Shown here in pieces: positions 43,248 through 52,940 of a DNA stretch of 64,000 bases. Numbering within the stretch: the first letter of the stretch is position 1; each line of letters opens with the position of its first letter. Position numbers and translations under genes: made by a program. Source of the DNA: Acidobacteriota bacterium (lineage in GTDB: Bacteria; Acidobacteriota; Terriglobia; Bryobacterales; Bryobacteraceae). The stretch lies in the NCBI GenBank assembly GCA_003223115.1, contig QHXW01000041.1, positions 972-64,971 of the forward strand. Reading direction: 5' to 3'. Under the pieces are notes generated by a model. That model did not search any database, was not told where the DNA came from, and worked only from the letters and a program-made list of their open reading frames with translations.

Positions 43248-45095
43248 TCAGCCGGATTTTTCAATTGCTCTTGCCGCTATCTGCACGATATCCATCAACT
43301 GCGGCGGATTTGTAGAAACTGCAGCCAGCGCGTCGCGGAACATGGATTGACAGAAGGGGCACGCCACCCCCACGGTGCCCGCTCCGGTGCCCACCAGTTC
43401 TTCAACGCGCGCCATGTTGATTCGCTTGCCTTTTTCTTCACCAAGAAACATTTGGCCGCCGCCTGCACCGCAACAGAAAGAACGTTCCCGCGCGCGTGGC
43501 GGATCGACGCTGGTCGCGAATCTCCCCAGAACCTGACGGGGTTCGTCATAAACATTGCGATACCGGCCCAGGTAGCAGGGGTCATGGTACACAACCCGTT
43601 CATTCGAGCCATTAGGCGAAGGGAGGCGCTCCTGGTGGCGCGCCAGAAATTCGGTATGGTGCTCGATGGTGAAGGCTGCGCCGAATTCCTTCCAGTCCTC
43701 GCCGATGGTGCGCACGCAATGCGGACAAATTGAAATCAGTTTGCCCACTTTGCTCTCTTTCATGTGTTCGATATTAGGTTCGGCCAATTGCGATAGCAGG
43801 TAATCGTTGCCCAGCCGGCGTATGGGATCGCCATTGCATTTCTCTTTCCGCAACACGCCGAAACTGACGCCCAGGTGCCGCAGGACGCCTGTGAGCGCGA
43901 GGATAATTTCGCGCCCGTGGGGATCGTAAGCGCCCATGCAGCCCAGCCAGAGGCAGTATTCCTGGCTTCCGTCGAAGATGGGAAGCCCGTTTTTTTCGAT
44001 GAACTTCTGCCGCTCACTGGAGGGAAAGCCCAGTGAATTGCCGTTACGCTCGAGAGCCAGGAAGAGCTTAGTTCCATACTTGTCCTCCCACTTGCCGGTA
44101 TTGACCGCGCCGCGCCGTAACCCGATGATGATGGGCAGATGCTGGATACCGACCGGACAGGCGTACTCGCATCCACCGCACGTGGTGCATTGGAACGCCG
44201 CCTCTGCCGAAATGTGCTTGCCCAGGAGTGGCTCGTCGGTTCCCGCTCCGAATTCATTCAGGTAGCCGCGAAGGCCAAGAATAATTTCCTTCGGATTCAA
44301 CACTTTGCCTGTGTTGAAAGCCGGACAAAATTCGGTGCAACGGCCACACTCCACGCACGTGTACGCCTGTAGCGCCACCAGATTGGTCACATTTTTTCCG
44401 GTGTCCAGACCGAAATCCTCATCGTCGGCCAGCGGAGGAATCTTGCTGAAACCGTCGCGCCGCGTAAAGATTGTCACCGGACTCAAGAGCAGGTGCAGGT
44501 GCTTGGTGTGTGGAATCAGCGGCAGGAAAAACAGCAGCGTCAGCGTGTGCAGCCACCAGTTCACTTTCCCAGCGATGGTCGTCTCGTCAAGCCGGAGACC
44601 GGCAAGATAGGTCACCATAAGGAAAAAAATGAGGAATGCGATGAGTCCGGATTCCGGCGACACTTCCCCCAGCCACACCGGCCGCGCAATGTATCGCCGG
44701 GCCGCGAGTGCCGCAATTGAAACTGCCACCAAAATGGCGAACACCGCGACGAAGCTGAAGAAGATGGTTCCGAAAGAGCCGGCGGGCGGGATCAACGTCG
44801 CTCCATAGCCAGTTGCCAGATGGTTGACGGTCACCAACGCGAACGCGCAGAAGCCCCAGAACACAAAAGCGTGTGCGAGTCCGGCTAGTGGACGGTCGAC
44901 GATCACTTTGCCCTGCAGTAGCACTTCCCAAATGCAACGGCTGATGCGCGGGCCGATTGGTTTCAGGCCCCATGTCTTGTCGGGCTTGGCGCTACGCAGA
45001 GCGCGGACCACCACGCGAAAACGCAGCCAGAAGATGTAAAGCGAACCACACATCAACAACGTAAGGATCAACACTTCCGGAGCCGAAACCCGCAT
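43248..45095 (-). CDS. Membrane-anchored Fe-S oxidoreductase (HdrD/DsrK/GlpC-like, 2x[4Fe-4S] + CCG domains)
   Basis: N-terminal ~5-6 TM helices. Ferredoxin motifs [12 protein letters not shown] and [12 protein letters not shown]. Cys-rich CCG-type segments ([24 protein letters not shown]). Confidence 0.75.
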   Translation of the reverse strand: MRVSAPEVLILTLLMCGSLYIFWLRFRVVVRALRSAKPDKTWGLKPIGPRISRCIWEVLLQGKVIVDRPLAGLAHAFVFWGFCAFALVTVNHLATGYGATLIPPAGSFGTIFFSFVAVFAILVAVSIAALAARRYIARPVWLGEVSPESGLIAFLIFFLMVTYLAGLRLDETTIAGKVNWWLHTLTLLFFLPLIPHTKHLHLLLSPVTIFTRRDGFSKIPPLADDEDFGLDTGKNVTNLVALQAYTCVECGRCTEFCPAFNTGKVLNPKEIILGLRGYLNEFGAGTDEPLLGKHISAEAAFQCTTCGGCEYACPVGIQHLPIIIGLRRGAVNTGKWEDKYGTKLFLALERNGNSLGFPSSERQKFIEKNGLPIFDGSQEYCLWLGCMGAYDPHGREIILALTGVLRHLGVSFGVLRKEKCNGDPIRRLGNDYLLSQLAEPNIEHMKESKVGKLISICPHCVRTIGEDWKEFGAAFTIEHHTEFLARHQERLPSPNGSNERVVYHDPCYLGRYRNVYDEPRQVLGRFATSVDPPRARERSFCCGAGGGQMFLGEEKGKRINMARVEELVGTGAGTVGVACPFCQSMFRDALAAVSTNPPQLMDIVQIAARAIEKSG

Positions 45096-45101
45096 GGTTA
45101 T

Positions 45102-46118
45102 TTGATTAGACTAGCATCAGTGAGCGGCATGCAATTGGTCGGTTACAATGGAGATCACCATGGGAGCTTTCGAGTTTTGCGCATCGTGATCTCCGGAGCT
45201 GCGGGCTTCATCGGCTCGCATATGTGCGACCGCCTGCTGGCTGAAGGCCACACGGTTGTGGGGATCGACAATTTTCTGACCGGATCGGCGCAGAACATCG
45301 CTCACCTCGCAAGCAATCAGCGGTTTCAATTCATCCGTCACGACGTCACGCAGACGACCGAAGTGGACGGTGCGGTCGATGCCGTCATCCACATGGCTTC
45401 GCCGGCAAGCCCCAGGGATTACCTCGAACACCCGATTGAGACGCTGGCTGTGGGCTCGGCAGGCACGCGCAACATGCTGGAAGTGGCACGGGCGCGCAAC
45501 GCCACATTTCTGATGACGTCAACGTCCGAAACCTATGGCGATCCCCTGGTACATCCACAAGTCGAGACTTATTGGGGGAATGTAAATCCGGTGGGACCGC
45601 GCTCGTGTTACGACGAGAGCAAGCGCTTCGCCGAAGCACTGACGATGGCCTACCATCGTACCCACCACACGCGCACGAATATCGCGCGGATCTTCAACAC
45701 CTATGGTCCGCGCATGAAGTTGAACGACGGGCGCGTGGTGCCTGCATTTTTGGATCAGGCGCTGCGCGGCGAACCTCTTACAGTCTTCGGCGACGGCTCG
45801 CAAACCCGCAGTTTCTGCTACGTGAGCGATTTGGTCGACGGGCTATATCGCCTGATGCAGTCGGATGAACGTTATCCGGTCAATCTCGGAAATCCGGGCG
45901 AGATGACAATTCTCGAGTTCGCCGAGCACATCCGCCGCCTGACCGGTTCGCAATCGGCAATCATTCATGAAGCGCTGCCACAAGACGACCCCAAGCAGCG
46001 CAAGCCCGATATTTCGAAGGCACGCCGTCTTCTTGGCTGGGAGCCGCACGTGCCGCTCGATGAGGGTCTGGCACAAACCATCGACTATTTTCGGAAAACC
46101 CAGGCCACATTGGCATAA
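45102..46118 (+). CDS. UDP-glucuronate decarboxylase (UDP-xylose synthase), SDR family
   Basis: GAAGFIGSH Rossmann motif, YDESKR catalytic motif, strong UXS-like sequence throughout. The true start is probably internal (ATG 45129 or TTG 45177). Confidence 0.85.
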   Translation: MIRLASVSGMQLVGYNGDHHGSFRVLRIVISGAAGFIGSHMCDRLLAEGHTVVGIDNFLTGSAQNIAHLASNQRFQFIRHDVTQTTEVDGAVDAVIHMASPASPRDYLEHPIETLAVGSAGTRNMLEVARARNATFLMTSTSETYGDPLVHPQVETYWGNVNPVGPRSCYDESKRFAEALTMAYHRTHHTRTNIARIFNTYGPRMKLNDGRVVPAFLDQALRGEPLTVFGDGSQTRSFCYVSDLVDGLYRLMQSDERYPVNLGNPGEMTILEFAEHIRRLTGSQSAIIHEALPQDDPKQRKPDISKARRLLGWEPHVPLDEGLAQTIDYFRKTQATLA

Positions 46119-46193
46119 AGCCGAGAAATTGGCGGACGGCCTCTCGACCAGCACCGAAGCTGCTGGTTTTGACAGGCAGCGATGGTCGCTAGG

Positions 46194-47012
46194 CTATCGA
46201 CCTGCCAGTTGTGCTACCAGGCTTCTTTCGCGGAGAAACTCACCCGTGTTGGCGCCGTAGGATTTGCGCGGTAGATAACGGATCTCCTCTTCAACGGCGC
46301 GCACGCGGTTGCCCGGATTGGGGTGATCCGAAAGAAATTGCAGAGCGCGGCCGGAGCCCTGGGCCTCCAGCTTCTCGAAGAAACGGGCCATTTCGATGGG
46401 ATTGTAGCCGGCTTCCGACATCATCTGCGTGCCCAGATAATCGGCCTGGCTCTCGGCAGTTCGAGAAAATTTGAGCAGCACCGAATTGGCGCCCAATCCG
46501 ATTCCGGCTTGCGCCAACTGGCCGAACAGACCGTTGCCTGCAATGGCGCCTGCCAGCAATGCGGGTAAACGCACCAGTTGTGATTTAGACGCCTGATTTG
46601 TGGCGTGCCGGAGCGCCACGTGCGAAATCTCGTGGGCCATCACTCCCGCCAGTTGCGCTTCATTGTCCGCGGCGAGGATCAGTCCGGTATTGATGTACAC
46701 CGGCCCGCCCGGCAGCGAGAACGCGTTGATGTTCCTATCGGCGACTACACGAAACGTGTAAGGATATCCGCCGGCTCGTGGTGAGCGCGTAAGGTTGCGC
46801 CCGATTTGCGTCACGTAATTGGTGAGCTCGCGGTCCCTAAGCACCAGCATCTTGCGCTCCACCTGTGCGGCGGCTTCGCGTCCCACCTGAATGTCCTGGT
46901 CCCGGGAGAACAGGTTGAACCCGGGGCGTACGTCCCTGAGCTGCGCGAATGCAGCCAACGCAAGGCTCATGCCGGCGATGTATAAGGCCAGTTTCTTGAA
47001 CACTCGAAACAT
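46194..47012 (-). CDS. M48-family zinc metalloprotease, secreted/periplasmic
   Basis: Signal peptide and the HEISHVALRH (HExxH) motif. Confidence 0.8.
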   Translation of the reverse strand: MFRVFKKLALYIAGMSLALAAFAQLRDVRPGFNLFSRDQDIQVGREAAAQVERKMLVLRDRELTNYVTQIGRNLTRSPRAGGYPYTFRVVADRNINAFSLPGGPVYINTGLILAADNEAQLAGVMAHEISHVALRHATNQASKSQLVRLPALLAGAIAGNGLFGQLAQAGIGLGANSVLLKFSRTAESQADYLGTQMMSEAGYNPIEMARFFEKLEAQGSGRALQFLSDHPNPGNRVRAVEEEIRYLPRKSYGANTGEFLRERSLVAQLAGR

Positions 47013-47162
47013 TCCTCCCCTGAGTAATGAGATGTCCGAAGTGCCTGGCGTGTTACAGCTACTTCAATTCTCACCATACCTCATCGACGTGAACAGGTCC
47101 GCTCACGGCTTGCGCGGCCTATCAACGTGGTGTACGTTTTAGACTAATCCGGAGCTGCTCCG

Positions 47163-48103
47163 ATGCTTAGAATTCTTGCTGTTGTGACGGTGTCAATCAT
47201 GTTGCTTGTCACTACGCCTGTTCAGGCGTGGTTCGACGGCGGCCACATGGTCGTGGCTTACATCGCCTATCAAAAACTGGCTCCCGTGACGCGTGCGCGT
47301 GTCGATGGATTGTTGAAGCTGAACCCCATGTACTCGGCATGGACCAAGGGTGTGACTCAGAAGCGTAAAGGTCTGGTTGCTTTTCTGCGCGCCGCAACGT
47401 GGCCCGACTGTATCAAGCAAGCCACGTGCGCCCCCGGCTACACCAGCGACGGCGGCGATATTCCTCCCGGCAACCCCACCGACAATCAGAACATCGGTTA
47501 TGTGGACAAGTTGATGCACAAGTACTGGCATTTCGTCGACCTTCCCGACTCGGCCGGCTCGCCGGGTGAACCGCCGAAGGTTCCGAACGCCCAGACAGAA
47601 ATTCTCCTCCTGGCACACGATATCGGAAAAAACGAGTCAGACGACATCAAGTCATATGACGTGGTTTGGCTGGAACACCTGGTAGGCGATGTTCATCAGC
47701 CGCTGCATTCCACCTCTCGCTTCACCAAGAATCATCCGCACGGAGAAACTCTGTGCCTTTTTGTGCGAAGCCCTGCAGAGATGAGCTTCATGCATATTGG
47801 GATGGCCTGCTCGGGGACAAGCTGACGGTCGCGCAGGTAAGCAAGAAGGGCCAGAGCCTGCTTGCTGGCGGAAAACCTGCCGGTGCGGACAACGCTACGC
47901 CGGTTTCGTGGATCACGGATAGTTTCGATCTCGCGAAAGCCGTGGTCTACGTTCCGCCGATCAGTGACGACAACAATCCCTCGGTAAAGATCTCGCCCCG
48001 GCCCGACGCCGCCTATCGGACGAAAGCGTCCGCAGTGGCGCAATCTCAGGTGACCCTCGCCGGCTACCGCCTGGCAGCTCTGTTAAATCTCAATTTGAAG
48101 TGA
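47163..48103 (+). pseudogene. S1/P1-family nuclease interrupted by one frameshift (~47,745-47,765)
   Basis: Signal peptide, then the mature N-terminus WFDGGHMVVAYIAY and HQPLH motif in frame 1. The ELHAYWDG motif and C-terminus continue in ORF 47666-48103, in a second frame. Confidence 0.7.
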
Positions 48104-48169
48104 GCCGTCGGCCGGAGTGGATAATCCCTCACGAGCACCAACCCGTCTATACCGCATTGCGGTATACTG

Positions 48170-48573
48170 TTGGTGGACCATGCGCCCGAGATCACGGTCC
48201 TGCAATTGCCGAAGTTCAAGGCCGAGGCCACGGAGTTGATAGGAGCGGACGGTATCGAAGCGTTGGCCGTTTATCTGACCGATCGTCCAGACGCGGAAGA
48301 CGTGATACCGCAGGTTTACGGCTCGAAGAAATATGCCTTTACATGGATCTCAGGCTGGAAGGCAAACCGGGCGCCGGCGGAGTCCGGAAGCTGCGATGGG
48401 CGGCGAAGGACAAGGGGAAGCGCGGTGGCGCACGGATCAATTACCTTTACGTTGTGATCGCCGTACGCAACGACCTCCTACGCTGTTATGCGAAAAATGT
48501 TCGAATGGATCTCTCCTCTCACGAAAAGAACGAACTGCGGCAAATCGCGGCTTGTCTGAAAGGAGTCAATAGA
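48170..48573 (+). pseudogene. RelE/HigB-like toxin (GGxRKLRW...GKRGGxR type), frameshifted and lacking its own stop
   Basis: The N-terminal part (MVDHAPEITVLQLPKFKAEA...DVIPQ) is in the frame of ORF 48170. The conserved GGVRKLRWAAKDKGKRGGARINYLY...DLSSHEKNELRQI core is in the frame of ORF 48100. Confidence 0.5.
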
Positions 48574-48885
48574 ATGCCAAAGAGAGCGCCGGCGAAGAAG
48601 ACGACTTTTGGAGCGGACCTGATCGACGGAATGAAGCTGGTCCTGGTGCACCAGCGGGGCAAAATCGAACTGGAACAGGTTTGGCCGAAGCCGGTCGATG
48701 TAAAGGCTATTCGCAAATGGGTAAAAATGTCGCAGGCAGAATTCTCAAGAACCTATGGCATCAGCAAGCGCGCACTGCAGGAATGGGAGCAGGGCGGACG
48801 TCAGCCGGACTCGGCCGCGCGCGCGTACCTAACGGTCATCGCGAAGGAACCCGCGGTGGTGCGCCGGGCACTCGCCAGCGCATGA
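48574..48885 (+). CDS. XRE-family HTH antitoxin partner
   Basis: ATG at 48574 preceded by AAAGGAG. HTH region IRKWVKMSQAEFSRTYGISKRALQEWEQGGRQP. Confidence 0.65.
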   Translation: MPKRAPAKKTTFGADLIDGMKLVLVHQRGKIELEQVWPKPVDVKAIRKWVKMSQAEFSRTYGISKRALQEWEQGGRQPDSAARAYLTVIAKEPAVVRRALASA

Positions 48886-49001
48886 AATGTGCACGACGAG
48901 CACCTTCAGGCGTGCCAATTGCGGGCATGGTCTGTTCGTTGGTCAAGGGCAAGTCCTTACTACTAGTACACTAGACACTAGAAAGGCTTCCCGATCGCCT
49001 T

Positions 49002-49238
49002 CTAGGCCACGTCGTAGGCGAGCTGCATGCGGAGAAGGTGGTTCATGTCCGGGCCGAACGCCTTTTCGATGCGCAGGGCCATTTCCGGCGTCAGCGCGGC
49101 CTTGCCGTGTAGAAGGTCCGAGAGAGTTGCGCGGCGCACTTTCAAAATCTCCGCCGCCTTCGACACGTTGAGGCCGAGGGCTTCGATGACTTCGGTCTTA
49201 ATCAGGTCGCCCGGATGGGGCGGATTCTTCATGGGCAT
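49002..49238 (-). CDS. higA: HigA-family antitoxin (HTH)
   Basis: 78 aa. PHPGDLIKTEVIEALGLNVSKAAEILKVRRATLSDLLHGKAALTPEMALRIEKAFG is the canonical HigA/VapI pattern. Confidence 0.85.
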   Translation of the reverse strand: MPMKNPPHPGDLIKTEVIEALGLNVSKAAEILKVRRATLSDLLHGKAALTPEMALRIEKAFGPDMNHLLRMQLAYDVA

Positions 49239-49247
49239 TGCGGCCTC

Positions 49248-49463
49248 CTAATGGTAGTCGATCAACTCAATATCGCTGGCGGTGTTCGTCCGTTCGTCAT
49301 ACCGGAAAATCAACCGCCAGTTTCCGGTGACAGTCAGGCTCCAGAAACCTTTCAGGTCGCTTTTGAGCGGATGCAGCCGCCAGCCCAGCCGGCCGGCAGT
49401 CCAAGAATTCGATCGGGTCGGACTCCCAGCCCATAGGGATGCATAGCAGAGTTCAGAGTTCAT
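49248..49463 (-). pseudogene. higB: HigB-type toxin (RelE fold), conserved only in its C-terminal ~50 aa
   Basis: RLHPLKSDLKGFWSLTVTGNWRLIFRYDE...IELIDYH matches the HigB core. The N-terminal ~40 aa expected for the family are missing or out of frame. Confidence 0.65.
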
Positions 49464-49715
49464 CGTGTATCACCGGATCATCGCAGAGATCGATTATCAC
49501 GGAATGGAAGCGGTACTCAAACCAGCGGATGAAGGTGTCGAAGCCCCGATCGACCGGCCAGGCTGAAGGAACACAGTACCAGCCATCAAGTTGTTCTTCA
49601 ATTCAAAGATCTCGCTGCAGAACTCTTTCAGATCCGCGCGCCTCTTCTTCGGTAACTCCGGAAGCAAGTAAATTGTTCGCTCGCGTCTCAGATCCTCCAG
49701 GCTCAAACTCGGCAC
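49453..49715 (-). pseudogene. Hypothetical gene remnant, frameshifted
   Basis: ORF 49497-49715 (…TIYLLPE…EFCSEIFE) continues after a shift as LDGWYCVPSAWPVDRGFDTFIRWFEYRFHSVIIDLCDDPVIHDEL, ending at 49453. I cannot name the family. Confidence 0.3.
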
Positions 49716-49816
49716 TGGTTGGGTCCGCCTGACGCAACTAGTCCAGAAATGGCTGGGCGGCCATCACTATGACCGCTGATCAGTTGATCGCATCCATCGC
49801 CGTGCATCCGATGTGC

Positions 49817-50110
49817 TCAGGCTGCCTGACGGTAATCATAATTCAGCATCCCGCCCAGCCGCTGTCGGCGCCGGATGGCCCCGCTCGTTTCAACCTGGGG
49901 CTCGCGCGGAACGATCAACCGGTTCCCCCATCCCTGGTGGTTCCGTTCCAGGTGATAATGCGCAACGAATTCATGAATGGCCTTACGCAGAGAGCCTTCC
50001 CCGAATAAGATCAGTCGATCCAAATAGGATTCCTGGATGGTCCGGACAAACCGTTCTGCGTAGGCGTTCAGATTCGGCGAACGCGGCGGCAGTGTCACAC
50101 TCTTTACCTC
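49817..50110 (-). mobile_element. C-terminal fragment of a DDE integrase/transposase (rve core domain)
   Basis: PPRSPNLNAYAERFVRTIQESYLDRLILFGEGSLRKAIHEFVAHYHLERNHQG is the end of an rve-type catalytic core. No N-terminal half is present. Confidence 0.7.
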
Positions 50111-50261
50111 TGTAGCCGCAGGAGGCGCGGGCGACGTACATGTCCACATGATAAGGCATAAACACTCATTTAACAATGAAATATAGCAATAATACATGTC
50201 TACATAATTGCGTACAAAACAGCAGTCAAATGAATGAAGCTTAAGAGGTTAGCTCAAAACA

Positions 50262-50934
50262 TCAGAGGTGAACATCCGATATAGTCCCACTGCAGCCAGC
50301 GCCAACGCGAGCAGAGCGAAGGCCATGAGCACTCGCGCTTGAAAGCCCTGGGGAGAGCGCGGTATCGAGGACCTTGTCCATACTGTCGAAGCTCACGGCG
50401 GTTTCCCGGCCCACCGTTCTAATGCGGCTGCGCAAGGATGGCGCGAGGCTCATTGGTTCTAGCGATGTGCGCACCACCAACTGGCTGCTTGAGAGATATC
50501 CCGGCCGCACTTGGGTGTAGCAGACATAGGCTGCCGGAGCAACTGGCGCAGTGAGGCCGCGCTGCCGCACATCCTTGACTATTCCGACGATCGTGAGCCA
50601 ATGCTCCTTCGGCTCGAAACTGTCGAACCAGATGCGCTCGCCAACGGGGTCCCGGCCCGGGAAATACCTTCGTGCCATCTCTTCGCTGATAATGGCGGCT
50701 CCGGGAGTCTCCGGCCGTGTCCGATTCTGTAAAGTCGCGCCCACGGAGGAGAGGAACACTAAGTGCGCGAAAATAGCCAGGGCTTATGATGCGGTAGTCT
50801 GCATCCGCAATGCCGGGCAGACTTCGCCGATTCTCGATAGAGAAGTGTCCATCGCGCTGAATGGGGTCGAGTGGGAGATCGCGAATCAGGCCGGCCGGCA
50901 AAGGCCTCGACCCAGCCTGGGTAGTCATGGGCAC
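50262..50934 (-). pseudogene. Fragment of MacB-like/ADOP-type ABC permease (periplasmic core domain), frameshifted and truncated
   Basis: Two overlapping minus-strand ORFs carry YRIISPGYFRALSVPLLRGRDF, AIISEEMARRYFPGRDPVGERI, WLTIVGIVKDVRQRGL and VVRTSLEPMSLAPSLRSRIR. No FtsX TM bundle follows. Confidence 0.6.
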
Positions 50935-51106
50935 GGCGGCTGAGCACGTCCTGATCCACCACCGGGATGCCGAGGACGTGGCTGAAGAAGTAGACCACCT
51001 GCTCGGGTCTTGACAGACCGCTCAGGTAGCCATGTATGACGATGCGGTCAAAGCATTGGTATACCAAAACGAGCAGGCTGTCGAACAGCTTTGCGAATAA
51101 CTCCAT
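50891..51106 (-). mobile_element. N-terminal ~70-aa fragment of a putative IS-encoded protein (family not assigned)
   Basis: MELFAKLFDSLLVLVYQCFDRIVIHGYLSGLSRPEQVVYFF... resembles, from memory, the start of a multicopy transposase-like protein. The reading degenerates after about 70 aa. Confidence 0.4.
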
Positions 51107-51350
51107 CGGTCGCCTCCTGGATGCTTCGCAACAAAATCATCGGTCGGGCGACTGGTGGAGTCAAATCGGTTAGCAGCTGGGAGTGCCGGAAGGGAAGAAA
51201 GAGCTTCCAAAGGGAAAGAAACCGAAGGTTTCGTCCCCTTTGGGCTACTTCACGAACCATGCGAAAGGCCCAATGGCATCTGAAAGCCAAGCTTTTGGAA
51301 ATTTCAAATATGTTTGGCTAGAATTTCGGTCTTCAGCTGCTGATTCTAAA

Positions 51351-51408
51351 TGGTGGGCGCGGCAGGACTCGAACCTGCGGCCTCCTGCGTGTGAAGCAGG
51401 CGCGCAAT
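51351..51408 (-). pseudogene. tRNA-Val(CAC) 3' fragment (anticodon arm, variable loop, T arm, acceptor 3' strand, CCA)
   Basis: The reverse complement reads GCGC-G-CCTGC-TTCACAC-GCAGG-AGGCC-GCAGG-TTCGAGT-CCTGC-CGCGCCC-A-CCA. No matching 5' acceptor strand or normal D arm lies upstream. Confidence 0.7.
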
Positions 51409-51656
51409 CTACGCGTGGTTGATTCTGCAGGTACTTATAAGAGCGTATTTGACGCATAAGGCGCCCTGAGCGCCAGATTTCCGCCCAAAACTCCGCCCAA
51501 AAAAGTTTGGGCGGAAAATGCTGCACGGTGAAATAGTTCGTCGATTGCGACCTTGCCGGATGCAGTAGGGCGCGTGCGTCGCGGCCCGCAGCGCGGCCAA
51601 TCCGGAGGCCCGTGTTCGCGTAGAGGGGAGTCCGGATTCTCCCGGCCTCGCCATTT

Positions 51657-51685
51657 TTGCAATTTCGCAACTTTGCGAATAGACT
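51657..51685 (+). promoter_or_regulatory. Putative sigma70-type promoter with operator palindrome for TA copy 1
   Basis: TTGCAA, a 17-nt spacer, then TAGACT. The spacer holds a perfect inverted repeat TTCGCAA-CT-TTGCGAA (51664-51679). A GTG start lies 9 nt after the -10 element. The motif is conserved in copy 2. Confidence 0.45.
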
Positions 51686-51694
51686 GGATTTCGA

Positions 51695-52061
51695 GTGCCC
51701 AGAACGAGAGTGGTCCTCTACCGGGAGGAAGACGGATCGCCCGTTCCTTGAGTGGTTCACCAAATTACCGGCGAAAGTGCAGGACAAGTGCTATCTCCGA
51801 TTGGACCGACTACGGGAAATGGGACACGAACTGCGGCGGCCCGAAGCCGACCTCTTGCGTGACGGGATTTACGAACTGCGGGTCAGCCTGCAGGGGGTGC
51901 ATCACCGGGTTCTGTACTTCTTCCATGGGACGGTTGCCGCAGTGGTCTCGCACGGCCTTGTGAAAGAGCGGGTAGTCCCGCCGAAGGAAATCGATCGTGC
52001 TGTCGAGCGCAAGAAGCGATTCGAAGCGAATCCGCAGAAGCACACTTACGAGGAGGCTTGA
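51695..52061 (+). pseudogene. RelE/ParE-superfamily toxin (phage Gp49/HigB-2-like), copy 1, frameshifted
   Basis: The GTG start gives VPRTRVVLYREEDGS and then a premature stop. The remainder (PFLEWFTKLPAKVQDKCYLRLDRLREMGHELRRPEADLLRDGIYELRV...) is in another frame because of the 2-nt deletion relative to copy 2. Confidence 0.65.
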
Positions 52062-52062
52062 T

Positions 52063-52572
52063 ATGGCAAAAAGGTCGAAACCAACCGGTGATGCAGTGGA
52101 GATCCTGCACCGCCGCTTCTACGCAGGCAGGCCGAGTCGGCTGAAGAAGCTGGAAGAGGCGCGGGCGAACGAAGAGATCGCCCGCAAAATTCACGCATTG
52201 CGCACAGCGGCAGGCCACACTCAATCTCAACTTGCCAAGCTCATCGGTACCACGGCATCGGTCGTCTGCCGCCTTGAAGACGCGGATTACGAAGGCCATT
52301 CCCTGGCAATGTTGCGAAGGATCGGCGCGTTCGGCATAGCCAGAACTGGTCCCGGACTGATCAGACCTCGGCAGGCCGTAGAACACGAAAGCGGCCGCAA
52401 CATCCGCGCGGTTCGTCGCGAAACAGAAGCATTGGCCTCCAAGCCAACAGAAGCCCGTCACAAACAGCTTGCGTTCGCCGCCGGTAGCTTCGTCCGCCCT
52501 GGGGAAAATAGGGCGTGCGGCGCCCGGTTGGTGCCCGTGCCGGAATGCAGATCGGGAACCACCGCGACATAG
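52063..52572 (+). pseudogene. XRE-family HTH antitoxin, copy 1, C-terminus replaced after a ~44-nt deletion
   Basis: Near-identical to copy 2 through ...HSLAMLRRIG (one substitution in the compared stretch), then reads through into unrelated sequence until 52572. Confidence 0.6.
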
Positions 52573-52607
52573 CCGGCTTCGGCAAGCTGATCGGCCAGCT
52601 CCTGAAC
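52357..52607 (-). pseudogene. Dienelactone-hydrolase-family fragment, copy 1
   Basis: Minus-strand readings ELADQLAEAGYVAVVPDL and VTGFCWLGG...AAAFVFYG are in different frames and match the two conserved DLH segments. Confidence 0.45.
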
Positions 52608-52940
52608 TCAGTCCGTAAGACGCAGTCAGGCCGCCCGCGCGCTAGGCTGGGGGGTTCAAACGATTCTAGGAAGAAATAAGCTGCGGGGGCGCGGCGGCTA
52701 GGCTACGCGAAGATACCAACTGCGAACTCAAGGTTTTCCTGTGTGCGAAGTGTGTTCGAACTACAAGTAGATCGGAAGTCGAGACGGCGATGGGTCGTCG
52801 ATTCGATCCAGAGTCGACCGACCCACAATCCCACATTCTATTACCCAATCTCTGGCTCTCTGGCCTGCGGATGATGACATTTCCGAGCCGATCTAGGCAT
52901 AATTAGGTAACATCCCCCGAGAAGAAAGAGCCTGGAACTG

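Larger units (their letters stand above)
51351..52607. repeat. Direct repeat copy 1 (tRNA-Val 3' fragment + TA pair + hydrolase fragment)
   Basis: Aligns by eye with 59354-60638. The TA part is near-identical and the tRNA-proximal ~80 bp is more diverged. Relative to copy 2 it has a 2-nt deletion near 51739/51740 and a ~44-nt deletion near 52327. Confidence 0.85.

Noticed and set aside
48100-48885. Single 261-aa ORF spanning the first TA locus
   Set aside because: Its first ~70 codons have no protein-like features. The region is better explained as a frameshifted toxin plus an antitoxin with its own Shine-Dalgarno and ATG at 48574.
51493-51514. 9-bp stem hairpin CCGCCCAAA-AAAG-TTTGGGCGG, conserved in both repeats (also at 59495-59516)
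   Set aside because: The structure is real, but no clear U tract follows on either strand and its role is unknown (terminator, att-associated site or part of a small repeat). It is noted but not annotated.
51245-51787. 180-aa minus-strand ORF running across the tRNA fragment and TA promoter (a similar ORF lies at 59295-59657)
   Set aside because: It overlaps a tRNA-derived sequence and a conserved promoter, and the translation is low-complexity. It is most likely spurious.
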